A DNA stretch of 64,000 nucleotides from a bacterium (GCA_027623015.1 JAQBVR010000003.1:2197-66196), one strand, 5' to 3'; shown: positions 47,416 to 57,614, counted from the stretch's first letter. The notes: generated by a model not told the origin, from the letters alone. A program made the numbers and translations.

Positions 47416-48522
47416 ATGACAGACACAACGAATCCCTCAGATTTTGTCTCCGACTTTGTTTCGAAAGGTACTGGTGACCTTTCTATTATGAATGATGTGT
47501 ACCTTGGGAACTCAGTTTTAGATTGGGTGACTGCCATTGTTGTGTTTGTATTGGCTCTCATAGCTTTGAACATCTTCAAGCGTGTGATCATTTGTCATAT
47601 GAAAAAGCTTGCATCGAAAACGAAGGGGCATCTCGATGATGCTGTTATTGAGTATCTAGAAAACATCAGTAGTGGCTTCTACAAAATGATGGCCATCTAT
47701 GCCGCTGTGCAGGATCTATCCTTACCATCAATTGTGCAATTAGTTCTTCGTGCTGCATTTCTTCTTATGGTTGTTTCGGAAGTCATCAAGATCATTCAGA
47801 GTGTCATACAGTATGCTCTTGCTAAGAAGACTGGTACGAATACTGCAGAAGACAAAGCGATCTCTGGCGCATTGCTCCTTATTCTCCGTATAGCGCTGTG
47901 GATGATGGGTATTTTGCTTGTACTTTCAAATCTTGGTTTCAATATCAATTCCCTTATTGCTAGCTTAGGTATTGGAGGTTTGGCTATTTCATTGGCGCTT
48001 CAGCCAGTGCTTACAGACATCTTCAGTTCGTTTTCTATTGCTTTGGATAAGCCGTTTGAGGAAGGTGACTTTATCGTGTGTGGGGAATTTAAAGGAGACG
48101 TGAAGAAAATAGGACTCAAGACCACACGCCTGATAGCTTTGCAGGGAGAAGAATTGGTTATCTCGAATACTGAGCTTACCAATGCACGTGTACAGAACTT
48201 CAAAAAAATGAAGAAGCGACGTGTCGTATTTAGTATTGGTGTGAAGTATGGAACGTCGCCTGATCAGATTCGTGCGATTCAAGCTATGATCCAAAAGACT
48301 ATTGATGAACATGAGCATACGGAGTTCAATCGCGCGCATTTCTATGAGTTTGGAGAATCCAATCTTCATTTCGAAATCGTCTACTTTATGCTTTCGGGTG
48401 ACTATGCTGAATATATGGATGCCCAGCAGTCTATTAATCTTTCGATCATGGAAGGCCTAGAAAAGATTGGTGTCGAGATGGCTTTCCCAACGAGAACTGT
48501 GCACATGGTCAAAGATGTTTAA
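47416..48522 (+). CDS. mscS: small-conductance mechanosensitive channel
   Basis: LIASLGIGGLAISLALQ, KPFEEGD, IGLKTT, ISN, AFPT. Confidence 0.92.
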   Translation: MTDTTNPSDFVSDFVSKGTGDLSIMNDVYLGNSVLDWVTAIVVFVLALIALNIFKRVIICHMKKLASKTKGHLDDAVIEYLENISSGFYKMMAIYAAVQDLSLPSIVQLVLRAAFLLMVVSEVIKIIQSVIQYALAKKTGTNTAEDKAISGALLLILRIALWMMGILLVLSNLGFNINSLIASLGIGGLAISLALQPVLTDIFSSFSIALDKPFEEGDFIVCGEFKGDVKKIGLKTTRLIALQGEELVISNTELTNARVQNFKKMKKRRVVFSIGVKYGTSPDQIRAIQAMIQKTIDEHEHTEFNRAHFYEFGESNLHFEIVYFMLSGDYAEYMDAQQSINLSIMEGLEKIGVEMAFPTRTVHMVKDV

Positions 48523-50152
48523 GTTACTCGTTCCTCGTTACTTGCCTGCCCCTCGTAGCCTTGGCGTAGTAGGGTTCCTCGTTGTCATCTTGGTAGCTGG
48601 GGCTGTGTATTACCCCGTCCTTGGCTTTGATTTTATCAATTTAGATGATCCACAGCTGGTGTATCAAAACTACCTCGTACGTAGCTTCTCGCCGAAGATC
48701 TTTACGACGTATGACCCCGAACTATATATACCTCTCACCTTATTGACGTATCAGATCGAGCATGCGTTTATTGGCTTACAGCCACTGTATTATCATTTAG
48801 TTAATCTGATCATTCATGGAGCAAATGCCATGTTACTTCTTTGTATTCTTAGGAAGTTGCTTCGCACGGACTCGTGGCTCTTACCGCTTCTTGGAGCATT
48901 GATCTTTGTCGTCCATCCACTTCACACAGAGACAGTCGTGTGGGTAAGTGCACGGAAAGATCTACTCTCTGGATTCTTTTTCTTGTTTGCATTACTCAGT
49001 TATCTTCACAACAAGAAGAAGGCGGGTATCTTGTTTTTTGTACTAGCACTACTCTCGAAGGTTACGGCCATTACATTGATCCCTGTTCTATTTCTGGTAG
49101 ATTTCTTACAGGGCAAACCTCTCACGCGTGCATCTATCACATCCAAATTGCCGTACATGGCTCTTGGTACTGTCTTTTCTGGCATCGCACTTGGTGGGAA
49201 AACTGAGAATCTCTCTGCACTGAGCATTGCGGAATTTGTATTACTTGCGTGCAAGAGTGTCATTTTCTATCTACAGAAGCTCGTAGTCCCCACGGACCTT
49301 TCGATCTTGTACCCGTGGACGGAGCCGATAGTCCTTTTGTCATTTGACTTCATGTTACCTGTACTCTTGTTTTTGGTTGTTGTGTTGATGCTTGTCTTTA
49401 CCTGGCAACATAAGAAAGACGTGTTCTTTGGTCTTGCATTCTTTTTGGTAACATTGGCTCCGAGTCTGTTGACCTTTTCCAAGGCAGGAGATGTATACTT
49501 CGCGTCCGATAGGTATGCGTACATCCCTTCGATTGGGATCATCTACTTGCTACTGATCTGGATCGCTCAGTCCCGATTGCGTTCCAATACCGTTATGACA
49601 TTGGGCGTGATCTTGCTTATAACGTTTGGAGTAGCATCACGCAACCACTCACAGGTATGGCGTAATAGTGAAGTATTGTTTTTAGATGTTCTCACGAAAT
49701 ATCCTCAAGCACATATATCAGAGGAAAACTTAGGTCATCTCTACTTGATGGATGGAAGAACTGAAGAGGCGGTTGCACATCTTGAGAGGGCACTTACTCT
49801 CAAAAGTACCTCGTTTGCTGCACACAATAATCTTGGGTTTATCCGCATGATGCAGGGGCAATATAGGACTGGTCTTGCACACTTTCAGGCATCTATAGAG
49901 TTGAACAGTGCTTACGCTCCTGCACACGTAAATGTTGGAGTTTGGCATGCAAAGCAGGGGGATTACGCTATAGCAGAACAGGCGCTCAAAAATGCTATCG
50001 AACTCGACCCATACATGGCACAGGCGTACTTCAACCTAGCTGGTGTGTACCTCAAGCGTGGAGATGATGTCAGTGCGAAGGCATTTTATGCTAAAACACT
50101 AGAGCTTGAACCAGGTCACCCAGATGCTATTCGACAACTACAAACATGGTAA
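48515..50152 (+). CDS. TMTC-like GT-C glycosyltransferase with C-terminal TPRs (copy 1)
   Basis: FINLDD, YIPLT, HPLHTETVVWVSARKDLL, ALLSK, DRYAYIPS, TPRs. Confidence 0.85.
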   Translation: MFKLLVPRYLPAPRSLGVVGFLVVILVAGAVYYPVLGFDFINLDDPQLVYQNYLVRSFSPKIFTTYDPELYIPLTLLTYQIEHAFIGLQPLYYHLVNLIIHGANAMLLLCILRKLLRTDSWLLPLLGALIFVVHPLHTETVVWVSARKDLLSGFFFLFALLSYLHNKKKAGILFFVLALLSKVTAITLIPVLFLVDFLQGKPLTRASITSKLPYMALGTVFSGIALGGKTENLSALSIAEFVLLACKSVIFYLQKLVVPTDLSILYPWTEPIVLLSFDFMLPVLLFLVVVLMLVFTWQHKKDVFFGLAFFLVTLAPSLLTFSKAGDVYFASDRYAYIPSIGIIYLLLIWIAQSRLRSNTVMTLGVILLITFGVASRNHSQVWRNSEVLFLDVLTKYPQAHISEENLGHLYLMDGRTEEAVAHLERALTLKSTSFAAHNNLGFIRMMQGQYRTGLAHFQASIELNSAYAPAHVNVGVWHAKQGDYAIAEQALKNAIELDPYMAQAYFNLAGVYLKRGDDVSAKAFYAKTLELEPGHPDAIRQLQTW

Positions 50153-51789
50153 ATTTCCTTCTCCAGTATCGGTTGCCACTCATTGCGATCGTTCTAATAA
50201 CAGTGGGAGTGTATCTACCAGTCTTTGGTTTTGATTTTGTGAATTTCGACGATCCTCAGTTGGTATATGAGAACCCTTTCATACAGAATTTCTCCCTGAA
50301 GATCTTTACGACATATGACCCTGAGCTCTACATCCCTCTTACATTGCTTTCGTATCAGGTAGAGCATGCAATATTTGGGTTAAATCCAGCAGCTTTTCAT
50401 CTGACAAATGTGCTCCTTCATATAGCAAATGCCGTGATGGTTTTCATGGTTTTGCTGAAGCTAAAGCGCAATTCTTCTAGTTATCTTCTGCCATTTATTG
50501 GAGCATTACTCTTTGCAGTTCATCCTCTTCATACAGAGGCTGTAGTGTGGGTGAGTGCGCGAAAGGATCTACTTTCTGGCTTTTTCTTTTTACTGTCACT
50601 GCTGCTGTATATGCATAAAAGGCGATTAATTTTCTGGAGTATTGGCGCTTTTGTATTGGCACTACTCTCCAAAGTAACAGCAATCACTCTCATACCAGTT
50701 CTTCTTCTCGTAGATTGGCGAGATACGAAGAGGTTTACGGTGCGGTCTGTCATCGAAAAATGGCCGTATATCTTCTTAGGAATCGTATTTGCGATCATTG
50801 CCTACATTGGTAAGACGTCAAACCTCACAGCGTTTTCTGCAGTGGAGTTTGCATTACTTGCTTGCAAAAGTATTGCGTTCTACGTTCAGAAGCTCTTTGT
50901 GCCTTCAGACCTATACGTGCTGTATCTCTGGAAAGGATTTATTTACCTACTGTCACCGAGCATCGCTCTGACAGTTCTTCTCTGTATCGCGATCGGCATT
51001 ACCCTTTGGATAAGTTATAGGCGCAGCAGTGACGTGCTCTTTGGACTAGCTTTCTTTTGTATAACGCTTGCTCCAAGTCTTTTGACATTTTCCAAAGCGG
51101 GACATATTTACTTCGCATCCGATCGCTATGCGTATATCCCATCTATCGGAATCATCTTCCTTTTGGTGCTCCTTCTTTCACGCTGTGTCAACTCTCGTCG
51201 TTGTCAGATAATTACTGCGGTTAGTGGCTTGTGTGTCGTCAGTGTGTTTGCTGTTATGGCACGTGCACAATCTGCAATTTGGCATGATAGCCCAACGTTG
51301 TATCAGCATGTATTGGCGCATGACCCTGAGTCGTATATCGCATTAAATAATTTGGGTGTGCTCATGCTTGAAAACCATCAGTATGAAGATGCTCTTTGGC
51401 ACCTTGAACGTGCAGCAAGTGTAAAAGAAGACTATACCTCTGCTATGCTCAACATGGGAGTAGCGCACTATTATTTAGGAAATCTAGAAGAAGCTGAAGA
51501 GGTAACTGCACGTGTGACAGTACTTCGCCCAAGTATGCTTAAGGGTTGGTTCAGTCTGGGGTGGATCTATGAACAAGAAGGGAAGTACGAAGAAGCGTTA
51601 CAAGCGTTTGCTACTGCTTTAGAAATCGATGATACAGATCCTCAAGTGCACTGGCACATTGGCCATGTGTACGGCAAACAAGGGAAGTACAAAGCTGGTT
51701 TAGATGCGTATAGGAAGGCGATGGCACTTGACCCAGCATATGAGAAGCAGCTTGAGACTGTAGATGCGTTGATGGTTCCTGGTTCCTAG
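50146..51789 (+). CDS. TMTC-like GT-C glycosyltransferase with C-terminal TPRs (copy 2)
   Basis: FVNFDD, YIPLT, HPLHTEAVVWVSARKDLL, DRYAYIPS, TPRs; close paralog of the upstream gene. Confidence 0.85.
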   Translation: MVNFLLQYRLPLIAIVLITVGVYLPVFGFDFVNFDDPQLVYENPFIQNFSLKIFTTYDPELYIPLTLLSYQVEHAIFGLNPAAFHLTNVLLHIANAVMVFMVLLKLKRNSSSYLLPFIGALLFAVHPLHTEAVVWVSARKDLLSGFFFLLSLLLYMHKRRLIFWSIGAFVLALLSKVTAITLIPVLLLVDWRDTKRFTVRSVIEKWPYIFLGIVFAIIAYIGKTSNLTAFSAVEFALLACKSIAFYVQKLFVPSDLYVLYLWKGFIYLLSPSIALTVLLCIAIGITLWISYRRSSDVLFGLAFFCITLAPSLLTFSKAGHIYFASDRYAYIPSIGIIFLLVLLLSRCVNSRRCQIITAVSGLCVVSVFAVMARAQSAIWHDSPTLYQHVLAHDPESYIALNNLGVLMLENHQYEDALWHLERAASVKEDYTSAMLNMGVAHYYLGNLEEAEEVTARVTVLRPSMLKGWFSLGWIYEQEGKYEEALQAFATALEIDDTDPQVHWHIGHVYGKQGKYKAGLDAYRKAMALDPAYEKQLETVDALMVPGS

Positions 51790-51870
51790 TTCCTAGTATT
51801 GTGTATATACAATGTATTACATTATATTTTTTTACTGTTTGAACCGCAGATGCGACAATATGTATACCTC

Positions 51871-52094
51871 TTTCTTTTCTGAAACATCAGTACTTCGTCG
51901 AGCTCAGCAGAAACAAAAGAATGTTGTCATCTGCAAGCCTCACTCGAGCGATACTTGCTCATACGATCTGTACGGCTCTCAACCAAGCTGGCTGAGGCCA
52001 CTTGGCATTCGAGTACGAAGAGGATGAAACAGACAGATCCTTTCGCTCAAACAAGGGTGCAGATGACAAGAGGATTAGCGTTGCAGCACAGCTT
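51871..52094 (+). repeat. copy B of the ~200-nt dispersed structured element
   Basis: 54 nt (51872-51925) identical to 60700-60753; outer stem TTGTCATCTGCA/TGCAGATGACAA. Confidence 0.85.
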
Positions 52095-52184
52095 CAATTC
52101 CAGTATTTCATTGTAAATCTCTAATTAGACAATAAAATCTCACAATTCTCAAAACTACAAAAATATGGTATAATAATAGGGTAA

Positions 52185-53078
52185 ATGACCAAACTAATAC
52201 AAACACTCCGCTCTACTTGTATCTCGAAGCAAACACTGCTTACGGTGTTTAGCACACTGGTTGTTAGTCTAGGAGCTCTTCTTAGTGGATTACAGGTAGA
52301 GGCATACTTTAGTGGTGAGATTCGTAATTTGGAGCAAGGACAACGCAGATCGTCTTTATCAGATCGTCGTTCATTTGTCATGGCTCGCCACAGTGCAGCT
52401 CCAGATGATTTTCCATCATTTGAATGTGCGATCATGCCTTTTGGATTTGTGCCGCATTGGGGAAACATGCTTAGTGCGCAAGACTTGCAGAGAAACTTCT
52501 GTTCTATAGATCCAGGAGAGTTTGTGCCTATTCCTACGTACGATATTGCTACGCTTACACGACCGATGGATGAACTCAATCGTGTGCAGCGTACAGACGC
52601 TGTGTCCAATGCTATTACTGCTAAACTTTTCTACTCTACGCGCTTCATGGGAAGCTACGACTTAGATAGTGCCGAATTTAGTAATCCTCAACATCCAGCA
52701 ATGGACTTCAAGATGCCATTTGGCACTCCTATTCGTGCTGTTGCAGGGGGGATAGTCCATGCACTTCAGAAGCAGCAAAATGGTCTTGGTAATCTTGTTA
52801 TCATCGAACATCGTCTTCCTGATACACAAGAGCGTGTGTTCTCTATATATGGGCACATGGATATGCGACTTGTTGGTACAGGAGAGTCTGTCGAAGCTGG
52901 TCAGGTGATTGGGACGGTTGGTAACTCTGGACGCTCAACAAATCCACACCTCCACTTGCAGATCGACAAAGACCGGGGTCATGAGTTCCATACTCCATAC
53001 ACGGCTTCTGCCAATACGACTCGAGATGATGTGCTGAAGTGGACCATGCACCCTATGGATTTCATCAATACGTTTTAA
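52185..53078 (+). CDS. M23-family peptidase
   Basis: HPAMD, GNLVIIEH, YGHM, STNPHLHLQI. Confidence 0.9.
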   Translation: MTKLIQTLRSTCISKQTLLTVFSTLVVSLGALLSGLQVEAYFSGEIRNLEQGQRRSSLSDRRSFVMARHSAAPDDFPSFECAIMPFGFVPHWGNMLSAQDLQRNFCSIDPGEFVPIPTYDIATLTRPMDELNRVQRTDAVSNAITAKLFYSTRFMGSYDLDSAEFSNPQHPAMDFKMPFGTPIRAVAGGIVHALQKQQNGLGNLVIIEHRLPDTQERVFSIYGHMDMRLVGTGESVEAGQVIGTVGNSGRSTNPHLHLQIDKDRGHEFHTPYTASANTTRDDVLKWTMHPMDFINTF

Positions 53079-53081
53079 CCA

Positions 53082-54302
53082 ATGGAAGGTGAACATCAAA
53101 CACTACTGAGCTTGCTTCTTATTTTGTCTTTCGGACTTATTGTTCCAGAACTGTTCAAGCGCACGATGCACTTACCGTTTGTTACTTCTCTTATTTTGAT
53201 TGGTTCAGTTCTAGGCCCTCATGGGTTTGACTACATAGAATCTAACGAGGTCATCAACTTCTTTGGCTTTCTTGGGTTTACGTTCCTCATGCTTATGGCA
53301 GGGCTTGAAACACATGTCAGTGAGGTAAAAAAATCTGCAGGGAAGATCTGCACTCTTGCTGTTATTAATGCGAGCATTCCCTTCGCTGTTGGGATTGGTA
53401 TTGGTCGTTTCTTTGGCTATAGCTGGCTCCAGTCTTTGCTTATCGGCACCATTTTCATCTCCTCGTCTGTTGCCATCATCATTCCATTTGTGAGTGCGAA
53501 AGGGTTTGGGTCAGATGTGCGTAAGCTCATGCTTCCAGCATTTGTTATACAAGACCTCTTTAGCATGATGATGCTTGCAAGCATCTTCCATGCGGTATCT
53601 CCTATGACAAGGTTTTCTCTTCCTGTATACTTCTTCGTTCTCTTCATATCTATAGCTGTGCTGTATATCACTGTTCCCATACTTGCGAACCATTTTGTTG
53701 GAAAGAAATTCCTGCGTAGACAGAAGAATCTCCATGAAGATGAGCTACGTTTTGTTTTAGTATTATTGATAGCAGTATTGTTGTATTTCTCTGCTCTAGG
53801 TGTGCATCCGATCTTAGCAGCATTCCTCGTTGGGATACTTCTTGCTGATGTGGTGACATCGAAGTCAATATCTACAAAGATCCACACACTAGGCTACGGA
53901 CTCTTTGTGCCAGTATTTTTCTTCATTGTTGGTATGGAGATGGATATGACGATATTTGCGAAGTTTAATCTGAGCAATCTTCTCGTTTTATCTATTGCTG
54001 CAGGATTAATTCTTTCTAAGTTTTTGAGTGGCTTCATTGCTGGTTCATTGATCGGCTTAAAGCCTTGTCGTGCCGCGCTCTTTGGGACTGTTTCTATGGC
54101 ACAGCTTACAACCACACTTGCAGCTGCATACGCAGCTGCGGCAGTAGGACTCTTCGATGAGACGCTCATTACTGCTATCGTTGCGATGACTATCATCACA
54201 AATGTATTAGTGCCTATAGGTTTGCAGGTGATTTTGCAGAAGAAGTATTCTCGCATTCGAAAATCTATCGCCCTCTCTGGGGCTACTGAAATACATCTGT
54301 AG
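53082..54302 (+). CDS. CPA2-family cation:proton antiporter
   Basis: LGPHG, MAGLE, SSVAI, QDL, FVPVFFFIVG; ~12 TM. Confidence 0.88.
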   Translation: MEGEHQTLLSLLLILSFGLIVPELFKRTMHLPFVTSLILIGSVLGPHGFDYIESNEVINFFGFLGFTFLMLMAGLETHVSEVKKSAGKICTLAVINASIPFAVGIGIGRFFGYSWLQSLLIGTIFISSSVAIIIPFVSAKGFGSDVRKLMLPAFVIQDLFSMMMLASIFHAVSPMTRFSLPVYFFVLFISIAVLYITVPILANHFVGKKFLRRQKNLHEDELRFVLVLLIAVLLYFSALGVHPILAAFLVGILLADVVTSKSISTKIHTLGYGLFVPVFFFIVGMEMDMTIFAKFNLSNLLVLSIAAGLILSKFLSGFIAGSLIGLKPCRAALFGTVSMAQLTTTLAAAYAAAAVGLFDETLITAIVAMTIITNVLVPIGLQVILQKKYSRIRKSIALSGATEIHL

Positions 54303-54378
54303 CGTCGATCTGATTTGGAGATTGAAAGATTAAGACTACTAAAATGATAGAAAGGAGATGAGTGATTGTTTTTAGTCA

Positions 54379-55473
54379 TTATTCTATAACAATCTCTCCC
54401 TTCATATCTGAGTGTCCACGACCACAGACGATGTCGCAGTAGAAGAGATACTTTCCTGGTGCAGCAGATGATGGGATCACAACAGAGATTATTTCTCCTG
54501 GCGATACTTGTTTATCGATACCAAGACCAGGGACAATAAATCCGTGTACTCCTCCTACTCCTCTTAACTTGAGTGTAACTGCTTCTCCTTGTTTGATGAG
54601 TATCGTGGATGGTGTAAAAAGCCAATTGTCTACGGTCATGTCTATCACTCTTGTTAGTGGTGTCAAGTTGAGGTTCATCGTAGGAGCTGGTGGTGGCACC
54701 ACTGCATTTGGTGCTGGTGATGGTGCTGGTGATGGTGGCGCAACGACAGGGCCAGAGGCGACAGGGGGAGGAGGTGTGACGGTCACCGATGGAGGTGGAG
54801 GTGGTGGAGGTGGAGGTGTTTGTTCTGTGTTCTGTGTTGTGGGTTGCGGGTTCTGGGTTGGGTTGAAAAGTTGATAGATAGCAATAGCCACATCTGCACG
54901 AGACAGTTGAATACCAGGAGCAAGGTATGTCGTACGGGCAGGGAAGATGTTGTATTGTTGAGCAACGCCAGCGTACTGAGCAAACCATGCATCAGCTGGA
55001 ACATCACTATAGCTATAGGGAAGATTTAGCTGTATCCCAAAAGCCAAGGTGATCATTTTGAGGAACTCTGCTGTATTGATACCTCTTTCAGGACGGAAGG
55101 AGAGGTCGGGGTATCCATTGATGATGCCATACTGCGCAGCAGACATGACAAACTGCGTATACCATTGTCCGTTGATTACATCGGTGAAGGAGTATTCATT
55201 TTGAATGTCATAGATAGTTTTACCAGCAGCGTTGAGGAGGATCTTTGCTGCTTGTGCTCTGTTTACGGGGAGCGACCCTTTGAACTCTCCATCTGGAAAC
55301 CCTCCGAGTACTCCAGCGTTGTAGAGAAAAGTAGCAGCCTTTCCTTCGAGGGATTGGATGTCTGTATCTGGAAAAGGATTCTCTTGTGCTTGGATTCTTT
55401 CTACGGAAACAGTAAGAAGTACTGCTAGTATTCCTGCTACTGCGATGGTAGATGATCTCTTTTTGTATCTCAT
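54379..55473 (-). CDS. SLH-domain protein with Pro-rich linker and C-terminal CuA-type cupredoxin domain
   Basis: GFPDGEF..VNRAQ and GYPDLSFRP..INTAE SLH repeats; poly-Pro; HGF...CDIVCGRGHSDM. Confidence 0.85.
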   Translation of the reverse strand: MRYKKRSSTIAVAGILAVLLTVSVERIQAQENPFPDTDIQSLEGKAATFLYNAGVLGGFPDGEFKGSLPVNRAQAAKILLNAAGKTIYDIQNEYSFTDVINGQWYTQFVMSAAQYGIINGYPDLSFRPERGINTAEFLKMITLAFGIQLNLPYSYSDVPADAWFAQYAGVAQQYNIFPARTTYLAPGIQLSRADVAIAIYQLFNPTQNPQPTTQNTEQTPPPPPPPPPSVTVTPPPPVASGPVVAPPSPAPSPAPNAVVPPPAPTMNLNLTPLTRVIDMTVDNWLFTPSTILIKQGEAVTLKLRGVGGVHGFIVPGLGIDKQVSPGEIISVVIPSSAAPGKYLFYCDIVCGRGHSDMKGEIVIE

Positions 55474-55555
55474 GCATATAGTATTACAGGAAGTGTGTGG
55501 TCTGAGAATTATTTGCAATTGCTATACGGACTATAATTCGCGATAATAGATCGCG

Positions 55556-56146
55556 ATGTCTCTCTTGCGTTCTATTCTTACTGGCTCTCTCATCTCGGTT
55601 CTCCTTGCTCCGTCTGCTTTTGCCGTTACAAATATGGGACATCTTAACGTAGAAGGAACGTATGATAGTGCTGCTGAACTTGATGCGGCATGTCGAGCGT
55701 TATTGGGAGTAGGGCATAATGTCGAGCGAGATAACTCAGTATTGTTTCAAGTACGTCGATGCATCAATTCGTATTATAAGAAACAGAAGAATACAAGCAG
55801 AGGAGTTGCTCGATCAGCGCGAAGGCAACGCGTACACATGCAACTTTTTAAGAGAAGTGAAGGATACAAGGAGCGCCAAAACACTCGTCAGCGAAGTGAA
55901 GCTGCAGCCCAGATAAACCAACGATCTGCACAAGTGACCCGCTCCATACGTGATAGCAGAAAGATCTTCTCTCGAACTCGATCTCGTGAGCGTAGTAGTG
56001 TTCAGGCCAAAGAGCGTACAAATCGTGGTCGAATAGATTCAGAGCTTGCTGCAAAACGTTCCGCTCGACTCTTCTGTATGAACTATATTGGCTCTACTCG
56101 GTCTGACTGTGTAGAAAAAAGAATGGCTGAAATCCTAGAGTTCTAG
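55556..56146 (+). CDS. secreted Arg-rich hypothetical protein
   Basis: Signal peptide (AFA), two Cys pairs flanking a basic helical region. Confidence 0.7.
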   Translation: MSLLRSILTGSLISVLLAPSAFAVTNMGHLNVEGTYDSAAELDAACRALLGVGHNVERDNSVLFQVRRCINSYYKKQKNTSRGVARSARRQRVHMQLFKRSEGYKERQNTRQRSEAAAQINQRSAQVTRSIRDSRKIFSRTRSRERSSVQAKERTNRGRIDSELAAKRSARLFCMNYIGSTRSDCVEKRMAEILEF

Positions 56147-56695
56147 GAAGAGCTTGTGTATCTCTGTGGTGTTTGTGACTTCTGGATGAAAAGTTCCTGC
56201 AAGGATCTTTCCTTGTTTGACCAAAATGGGATCACCGTTATGTGAGGCAAGTACATCTACACTTACTCCGATGTGCGTTATGCGTGGAGCGCGGATGAAT
56301 GCGACTTTGATGGGATCTTTCACTCCTTGGATCTCGATTTCTGCGTGGAAACTATTGAGCTGCGTGCCGTACGCATTGCGCTCTATTTGGACATTGAGAA
56401 GCTTCAATGTCTCTATTGATTCATCATTATCGATGCTTGTAGCAAGGAGTATCGCCCCTGCGCATGTTCCGTAGATTGGCATGCCTGTGTTTACCCTTTC
56501 CATGATGGCGGTATCAAATCCATTGATCTTAAGTAGTTTGCTGATGGTAGTGCTCTCACCCCCTGGCAAGATCAGTCGATCGACTTTGGCGAGATCTTTT
56601 ACTGTTCGTACTTCTATGTGGTGCACATCTAAAGACTGGCAAATAGCACAGTGTTCTGCGAAGTCACCCTGCAAAGCAAGCACACCTACTACCAT
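56135..56695 (-). CDS. pdxT: PLP synthase glutaminase subunit
   Basis: GVLALQG, PGGESTT, GTCAG, RNAYG, FIRAP, FHPE. Confidence 0.96.
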   Translation of the reverse strand: MVVGVLALQGDFAEHCAICQSLDVHHIEVRTVKDLAKVDRLILPGGESTTISKLLKINGFDTAIMERVNTGMPIYGTCAGAILLATSIDNDESIETLKLLNVQIERNAYGTQLNSFHAEIEIQGVKDPIKVAFIRAPRITHIGVSVDVLASHNGDPILVKQGKILAGTFHPEVTNTTEIHKLFLEL

Positions 56696-57561
56696 CCTCT
56701 GTCTTGCATACGCGTCTCAAGCACGGGGATCTCCAGTCCTGGCATCGCACCTCCCAGATCAGTCGACACTTCGAGCAGTACCGCAGGGTCTGCAAAGTGT
56801 GTGGTTGCGCGAACGATGGCTTTGGCGCGCTCGGCTGGATTGTCGGACCTGAATATTCCAGATCCTACAAATACTCCTTCGGCTCCCATACCCATAAGCA
56901 GAGCAGCATCGGCAGGCGTAGCAATACCTCCTGCGACAAATGTCACAACAGGCAAACGTCTTGCTTCGCGGACTCGTTCTAGAGCATCGACAGTTATACG
57001 TTCCTTGATGGCAAAGTTTGCGAGCTGGCCATTGTCCATCTCTTCTAGGGAAGCTATCTCCTCCTGAATAAGACGCATGTGGCGAACAGCTTCGACGACA
57101 TTGCCAGTTCCAGGCTCGCCCTTGGTACGGATCATCGCTGCTCCTTCTTGGATACGACGCAATGCCTCACCAAGGTTCGTTGCTCCACAGACAAATGGCA
57201 CCTTAAATAACTTCTTGTCGATATGCTTAAATGGATCTGCTGGAGTTAGTACTTCACTTTCATCGATATAGTCTACTGCGAGCTCCTCAAGTATGCGTGC
57301 CTCTGCAGTATGCCCTATGCGCACCTTGGCCATCACGGGGATGGTGACTGCGGCCTGTATGGCTGCAATCATCTTGGGGTCGCTCATACGAGCGACTCCA
57401 CCCTGTTCACGTATGTCAGAGGGGATGCGCTCAAGGGCCATCACAGCGCATGCTCCAGCATCTTCTGCGATACGGGCTTGCTCTGGGTTCATCACATCCA
57501 TGATGACACCACCTTTGAACATCTTTGCAAAGTCTTGGCCGAGGGTGTTGTGAGCTTCCAT
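56689..57561 (-). CDS. pdxS: PLP synthase lyase subunit
   Basis: [46 protein letters not shown]. Confidence 0.97.
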   Translation of the reverse strand: MEAHNTLGQDFAKMFKGGVIMDVMNPEQARIAEDAGACAVMALERIPSDIREQGGVARMSDPKMIAAIQAAVTIPVMAKVRIGHTAEARILEELAVDYIDESEVLTPADPFKHIDKKLFKVPFVCGATNLGEALRRIQEGAAMIRTKGEPGTGNVVEAVRHMRLIQEEIASLEEMDNGQLANFAIKERITVDALERVREARRLPVVTFVAGGIATPADAALLMGMGAEGVFVGSGIFRSDNPAERAKAIVRATTHFADPAVLLEVSTDLGGAMPGLEIPVLETRMQDRGW

Positions 57562-57614
57562 TGGTGAGGAGTATAGCGCTGAGTTCTACTCTATTGCTTT
57601 AAAATACCTCTTAT

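Noticed and set aside
51812..52027. Short ORFs over the 200-nt elements (also 36859-37083)
   Set aside because: Frames are not conserved between copies whereas base-pairing is
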